From Guillardia theta CCMP2712 (lineage: Eukaryota > Protista > Cryptophyta), in NCBI RefSeq assembly GCF_000315625.1, contig NW_005434579.1, positions 92,913 to 156,912 of the forward strand: a DNA stretch of 64,000 nt, read 5' to 3'. Every line of letters begins with the position of its first letter. The stretch's first letter is position 1. Below, one piece after another: positions 57,754-64,000 of the stretch. A program made the translations under genes and the position numbers. The notes beneath the pieces were generated by a model that worked only from the letters and a program-made list of their open reading frames with translations, did no database searches and was not told the origin of the DNA.

Positions 57754-58499
57754 CGAAGGCTCAGTAACTTCCTTGCTCTCTTGTGAATTTCTATGCAGCA
57801 AATTCCGAGCATCTTCGATAGAAGATTTCGGGCTGTCGCTGATCGTCAAGACCTGAGCGCGTGTCTCTGCACCTGTAGACATGCCATCATGCATCACATG
57901 CAGGAGGACAGGAGGAGGAACCATCAGCTGCTCGGGAATATCTCCATGCCGGGGCAGGCACCTGGTCCCCCCTTTTGGGGTACCGTAGCCCACCCCTTCC
58001 CCTGCTCGCTCTTAGCTGTGTATCCATCTGCACATGACTCTGCAGCATCCATTCTCCGACATCTGTGATGGAGTGAGTGAAATGCAGAAGAATTAGAGAT
58101 CTGTCGAGATCGTTCACGATGACGGGATATTATGGTCAGACATGGATCGAAAGTGGAGTCTCGGGTTTAGCGAAGGGAGCTACCACCAGGAGGATGAGCA
58201 GAGCAGCATGATTCAAAGTATGTTAGGCGGTAAGGACAGTCAGACGAGGATCGTTAGACAGGGAAACAGGATCAAGAGCAAGAAGGGCAGGAGCAGGAGC
58301 GGGGAAGGAGTAGGTAGGCCTAAGGACGAGGAGCCTGTGGAGGAGCAGCAGCTGGAAAGGGGGACGAAGGATTGAGAGGATGATGATGATACACATGAAC
58401 ATGAGAGAAGCATGATGAGCAAGCATGAAGATGGCCTGCATCGTCAGCAGAAGAAGGCTGAGCAACTGCCTTGACCATACCTTCAGAATGGATTGGCGC

Positions 58500-59030
58500 C
58501 AACAGACCACCCACCACCGTCGTCACCATTCAATCCCTATTGTAAAGTACCCTACCCTTCGGCCATACCAGTGGTTCATGTGATGAACCCCTCCTTCTTC
58601 TAGTGAGAAGGACCCGTGTGATACCGCTTGTCGAAGACAGCATTTTTCTAATATGTACATTTCCTATACCAGTTTTCATGTCCTATGGTTTCGGGGTACC
58701 AGGATCACCCCTATATTCCTGTGGAATTACTAGTGAAAAGGGTGGGTCCATGAAGAAGGAAGGATCTAAGACGTTGTCGAGGGAGCATGGGTGGGTTGGC
58801 GCTGTACGAATGTGGGGTAGGGTCATGAAATCGTGAAGCTCCTGGAATTTGGGGGTAGGGTAGGACAACAAATTCATAATCGGGGGTGGGTGGATATATA
58901 GAAATGCAACTGACTCTAGGAGGGGTAGGGGAGGACACAATGGGGAGGTACGGGGTATCTACAATGCGGAAGCGCGGGGATGAATGGTAGGGGGGTAGGG
59001 GTAGGGTAGGAACAAGGTACGGACATGCAT
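58500..59030. other. GGGGT/ACCCC-rich island in a divergent intergenic region
   Basis: gggggtagggtagg, ggggtaggggagg and ggggggtaggggtagggtagg runs. Confidence 0.55.
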
Positions 59031-59823
59031 ACGACCCGAATTTCACATGGCGAAAGAAAGTGAAGCGAAGAAGACGCAGAAGCAGAGCGAGAGCGTCAGG
59101 CGAGCATGGTGCTTGTTGCGAGGGTAGAAGAATGGATGGATACAAGTAGAGGAGCAAAAGAAGAGCTCAGGTTGATGGTAGGAAGTTAGTATGAAGTTAG
59201 TGGGTGAACACCTGTTGAGGGATGGTCAGGGTTGATAAAGAATGGAGAAAGGATAGTCGAATAGTTTGCTGTGGCACATATGAAAACGAGATCAATGGTG
59301 TATTTGATCAGAACAAGATACTCCAGTGATCGTAGGAATATTGCAGGATGATTCTTGAGCAGTGTAGTTTGCGTGATGGGAAATTTGGTGCAGTTCTTCT
59401 CCAGGGCAAACTAGCTGGAGATTGAGGCATTCACATATACAGTCAGCGATACCATAGCATCAGAGTTGTTCTCATCTACAATCAGTAACTCCATAGTATC
59501 ATAGCAATCAAAGATGATGAACGTCGAATGTTTGTCGCGTTTGTTCGCTTTGTTGATGGTGAAACCAATCGTTGTGCGAATGCTTTCCGACTCAACAAGT
59601 GACAGCCCGAGTTTTCAATTGTGATGATACATCTTTACGTAATCACTCATGTCCTCAGCCTCTGATGCCTGTTGCCTCGCACTGTGTTGACATCTTTTCG
59701 AAGGTTCACGATGAAGCATGGTATCCGCTCACATTGGGCGGTCTGTTTCCAGGGGCCCAGGAGGTGACGCTGGTAATCGTTCACTGAGACATCCCTGTCG
59801 CAAACTGGAGCAGAGCACTTGAG

Positions 59824-60330
59824 ATGATGCCCTCCCTCAAGAGCGCTGGGTCCTCCTCGTGCATCGCCAGCCGCTGGAAGTCGGTATCAGACGCGAGCCT
59901 TTCGTTTGCAATCTGCCCTGGAGGAAGCCTTGTGCCGCGGAGGGAGCGCGGGAATACTCGCCAGATATCAGCAGCAGGAGCGAGCAGGGCGTGTCCATGG
60001 CAGCTGCCCCATCGGATGCCGTCGAGTGCTGGTGTGCTGGTCTGGGAGTCGAGGACAACGATGATCAGGACTTGGGGCCCTGTGAGATTTTGCTCGGGAA
60101 GAAGTTTTTCGTTGCAAGCTCCCCATGCGGCTTCCAGGTCGAATGATTTTGTGGAGGGACAAATCGTCGAAGTGAGACGCGGCGACCATTGGAACACGGC
60201 GAAAGTGCTGGTGGTTACGTCAGATAGGATCCTGATAGAGTTCAAGGTTGGTTCCTGATGTAACTGAACATTTAATGACGATGATGACGATGGTGATGGT
60301 GATCTTGAAGAATGAAGGGACGATGACGAC

Positions 60331-60377
<47 letters not shown>

Positions 60378-62881
60378 CGACGACGACGACGATGATGATT
60401 TTGAGGAGGAAGAGGATGGTGGAATTATATTACTTTCGCTTTCTCCCCTACCTCCCTCCTCCTCAAGCCCCTCTTTTCCATCAGTCTTGTTTGCATGCTT
60501 GTTTTAATGCTTTTTTTATCATTTGACTTGCTCACAGGACATATCGCCCATGAGCCATGAATCGCCGACTTTCGGGGCGATGCCGAAGCAAGAATGGATT
60601 TCGAGGAGCGTGACCCAGGTCGGTTGGCCACCTGCGGGACAGGCGACTTCTTCTCGTCAAGTTGGTACTGAATGTTTCCTTCAAGGTGCGAGCAATCGGC
60701 GAAGAACATCACATGTGGTCTCCCAAGTATGCAGTGGAGCACGTAAGGAGGCTGACGATGAGCAGTCAGTGTGATGATGACGCTCTTCCCTCAGTACCAC
60801 GAAGTCATGAAGTATCTTCACCGACTCGACGATCGAGTTCGATTCCAGGTGCTCGGCCTCTCGACTTGTTTCAACGTGACGAGGCGGGCAGGGGATTCAT
60901 GTGCTGCGATGGCTGTCGGGGGTGTTGATAGTGTCGGCCGGTTGCCTCTACCTGCTACGTGAAGACGTTCGGTATGCCTCTGCCAACCTCGCTCTCTGTC
61001 CCCCTGTTGATGTGTGTCCTCCATCAAGGTCTGGACTTGGGAAGGAAGGAGCAGAGGTGACGAGCAGGACGATACAGGACAAGAAAGTTCAGGTGAGGCC
61101 CTATACAGGCTCCTCCTCCTGTCTCACAGGGAGCCGATGCAGGTGGCTGCAGAGATTGTTGCGAAGGAAGTCGCACTCGAGCTCCTGCGCAGTCCGGTAG
61201 GAAGCATGCGAGGGCAGGAGCTGTAGTAGATGATGACGGGGATGGTGCAGGCAACGATCGACGGTGCTGCCAAGTTTGTACAGGTGGGTTTGCTCTCAGC
61301 TGTTCTTTGCCGATGTCTTGCCGTTGACCACCGCTTCGACTCCCTTGCTTCCCTTCCTTTCCCTGTCCCGCGCCATGTCGGAGTTCTGATCCTCTCCTCC
61401 ATCAGGAAGTCCTAGCTCAACGGACCACACAAGATGCTGCGGGCAGGCTGATCGTGAATCTGTACAAGGTCGATGAAAGCTCCCCACTTGTCAAGGGCGG
61501 AGGAGACTGACAAGGAGCAAATTCAGGACGAGGAGATGCTAAAGTACACACAAGAATGGGTGTCAGTGATCGTTGGACGTCTTTGCAACGAGGAGTACAC
61601 GCAGAAGAGTATTCAGGTGTGCGAGAAGAGGAGAAGGAGATTTCCTCCTCACGTTCTGCTCAGCACTTGCTCGGAGTTGCCTTCACCAACCTGTTTGCAG
61701 ACAACGACTTCCAGAAGGTCAGAGTGTCTCAGTGCGCAACATGTCATTCTCATATGATCATCTTGTCACATCTTGTCATCTTGTCATCTTGTCACATCTT
61801 GTCATCTTGTCACATCTTTACATCATGTCTCTTGGATCTCATTCGTCTCTTGTCCTCATCTTGCGTTGCCCAGGTTGCCGGGAATTTTGCAGTAGATGTC
61901 ATTGCGCAGGATCAAGTCATCCAACAAGCGACGTCGCTGCTCACGACTAGGTGAGGCGCAGGAGAATTGAAGAGAGGAGGAGGAGGAGAGGAGGAAGAGC
62001 TGGAGATGTAGTGGTGGGTGTAGTGGTGATGTTCAAACAGGAGGAGGGGGTACGAGGAGGAGGAGAGCAGGAGGAGGAGAGCAGGAGGAGGAGGAGGAGG
62101 AGAGCGAGGAGGAGGAGAGCGAGGAGGAGGAGGAGGAGGAGAGGAGGACGAGGAGAAGGAGGAACAGAGCAGGAGGATGACAGCACGAGGAGGAGCTGGA
62201 GGAAGAAGAAGGGAGGACAAGTGGAGGAGATGGAGGAGAAACCTGGACGAACAGAACATGGGGAGGGAGGGGGATGACCAGGAGGGAGGTGTGGGACTAC
62301 TGGAAGGATCATGAACTGACTCTAACATCACCGACATGCCGCTCGACATCGGAGTGCTCGCCATCTTCATCTTCCTCGTGCGCGTCTTCGCTACGTCGCG
62401 CCCAAATAGCTCAAGCTCGTGACCTCATGAGCACTCCTACGTTAGCTTGGTTCACTTNNNNNNNNNNNNNNNNNNNNNNNNNNNNNNNNNNNNNNNNNNN
62501 NNNNNNNNNNNNNNNNNNNNNNNNNNNNNNNNNNNNNNNNNNNNNNNNNNNNNNNNNCGCGGGTACGAGCAGCAGGAGGAGGAGGAAGGGAGGAAGAGAG
62601 ACGGGGAGGTGTTGTTTCCGACCATTCACTATCTCTCAGCGTGCATCACATACTTGACGACCCTGTCGTCATCGAGCATACAACTACCCTCGTGCAGAAG
62701 ATTCTTCAGGTTGGCAGAGCGTCTCTCGTACTGCCTCATCCCCGTCGCTCTCCCTTCTCCTGCTCTCCCCGCTCCCCTAACCCTCGTTCAAACCTCCCGA
62801 TGCCTTTCTTGCTGCTCATTTCCTACACCTTCGCTTCTCTCTACCCTTCCTGCCATCTTTGCGAAAATTTCCAACTGATTT

Positions 62882-62928
<47 letters not shown>

Positions 62929-62967
62929 CCTGCTCCTGCTTCTCCTGCTCCTGCTCCTGCTCCTGCT

Positions 62968-63000
<33 letters not shown>

Positions 63001-63480
63001 TCTCTGACTTGCTTCAAGGACCCTGGCATCAGGAAGGAGACAGCCAACGCTCTCTGGGGAGTTCTCGCAACCCTCGTCACTTTAGGATACGTCACTCCTG
63101 GGAAGTACGCCGTCCAGATGCCCGACCCGAGCCAGGCATGCCTTCCTCCTCCTCCCCTCCTCCTCCCGCTCCTCTCCCTCCCGCTCCTCTCCCTCCCGCT
63201 CCTCGTCCTTTCTCTCTCTCCTGTCCTCACGCTCCACCTTCCCTGTCTACCCTCCTCACCCTCTTCCTCGTCTCTCTGCTGTCTCCTCCTCTCTCATTCT
63301 CCTCCGCAGACTTCAATCATCAAGATCCCCAGCGGGCTCGATCTCGGTCCTCCTCCTCCTCGGGGCGGGCAGGAACAGGCAGGGGTGGTGAAGGTCCTTC
63401 CGGGGGAGCGAGCGGCGAGAGCCAAGGTAGAGATGGAGCAGACATGCTGGATGGACAATCCTCCCAAGAGCAGGACGTAG
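59824..63480 (+). CDS. Hypothetical protein: Arg/Ser-rich N-terminus, Tudor/Agenet-like domain, amphipathic helical repeats
   Basis: FVEGQIVEVRRGDHWNTAKVLVVTSDRILIEF (Tudor-like); helical repeats ILDDPVVIEHTTTLVQKILQ|DPGIRKETANALW; stop at 63480. Start uncertain. Confidence 0.6.
62458..62557. other. Assembly gap (100 N)
   Basis: Run of N. Confidence 1.
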
Positions 63481-64000
63481 GAGGGAGAAGACAGACTAGC
63501 AACGGGCGGAGAGGAGGATTGGAGGAAAGGGGAAGAGCAGCGGTGGATGGAGAGGAGGGGGAAGGGAGGACGGGGAGGGGAGCAAGGAGAGGGGAGAGGA
63601 GCTGGAGAGGGACGGAAGAGAAGGAGAAGCTAGGGACGCAAGAGAGGGGAGCGATAGTAACGGCATACATGATAACATACATAAACTTGAGGTACAAGAC
63701 AGCAAATGTTGCGTTTCATCCTCCCGCCCTCTCCCTCTCTCTCTCCCTTCCTGTTCCCCCTTCCACCTCCCCTCCCCTTGGTCTCCCGCCTCCTCGTCTC
63801 CTTCCTGCTCTCCTTCCGTACTCCTCCTCTCTCTCTCCTCCTCTCTCTCTCCTCCTCTCCCCTCACCAGCTATTGAATATTTCTCGGACTGCAGCACTGA
63901 AACTTCAAGTCAGCTGAGAAGATGGCAGGGAGCGCTGGAACCTGACTGTTGGATCCTTCCCGCCGTATTCCTCCTCCCTGTCGAGCTCTGCGACCGAAGT

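Noticed and set aside
63905-64000. Possible last exon of a minus-strand gene at the right edge
   Set aside because: Only about 30 codons are visible, which is too little to support a call.

Overview
Eukaryotic nuclear DNA, gene-dense, with many short (about 45-60 nt) spliceosomal introns, frequent GC-AG donors and intronic (GGA/CCT)n, (CAG)n and (ATC)n expansions. This style suggests a cryptophyte such as Guillardia theta, which is my inference and not a database result. Most entries in the ORF track are exon fragments or antisense noise. Stitching exons by eye gives about 13 genes: SERRATE/ARS2, a cNMP-binding protein, an MBD9-like chromatin reader (MBD-FYRN-FYRC-bromo-Tudor-like), a PH+LRR protein, V-ATPase subunit B, a 2xSPRY-coiled-coil-PDZ protein, a signal-peptide/Fn3-associated/TPR protein, Snu114/EFTUD2, Aurora kinase, a hypothetical membrane protein, a polycystin/PKD2-like channel, LRRCC1/VFL1 and a Tudor-like hypothetical protein. 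The least explained sequence is non-coding: five GC-rich islands built from short palindromic words, GGGGT/ACCCC islands, a decayed AT-rich foldback element in a divergent promoter, and a 4.5-kb cluster of reshuffled repeat modules carrying three copies of an orphan ORF. Gene ends are approximate unless a start or stop codon is cited.
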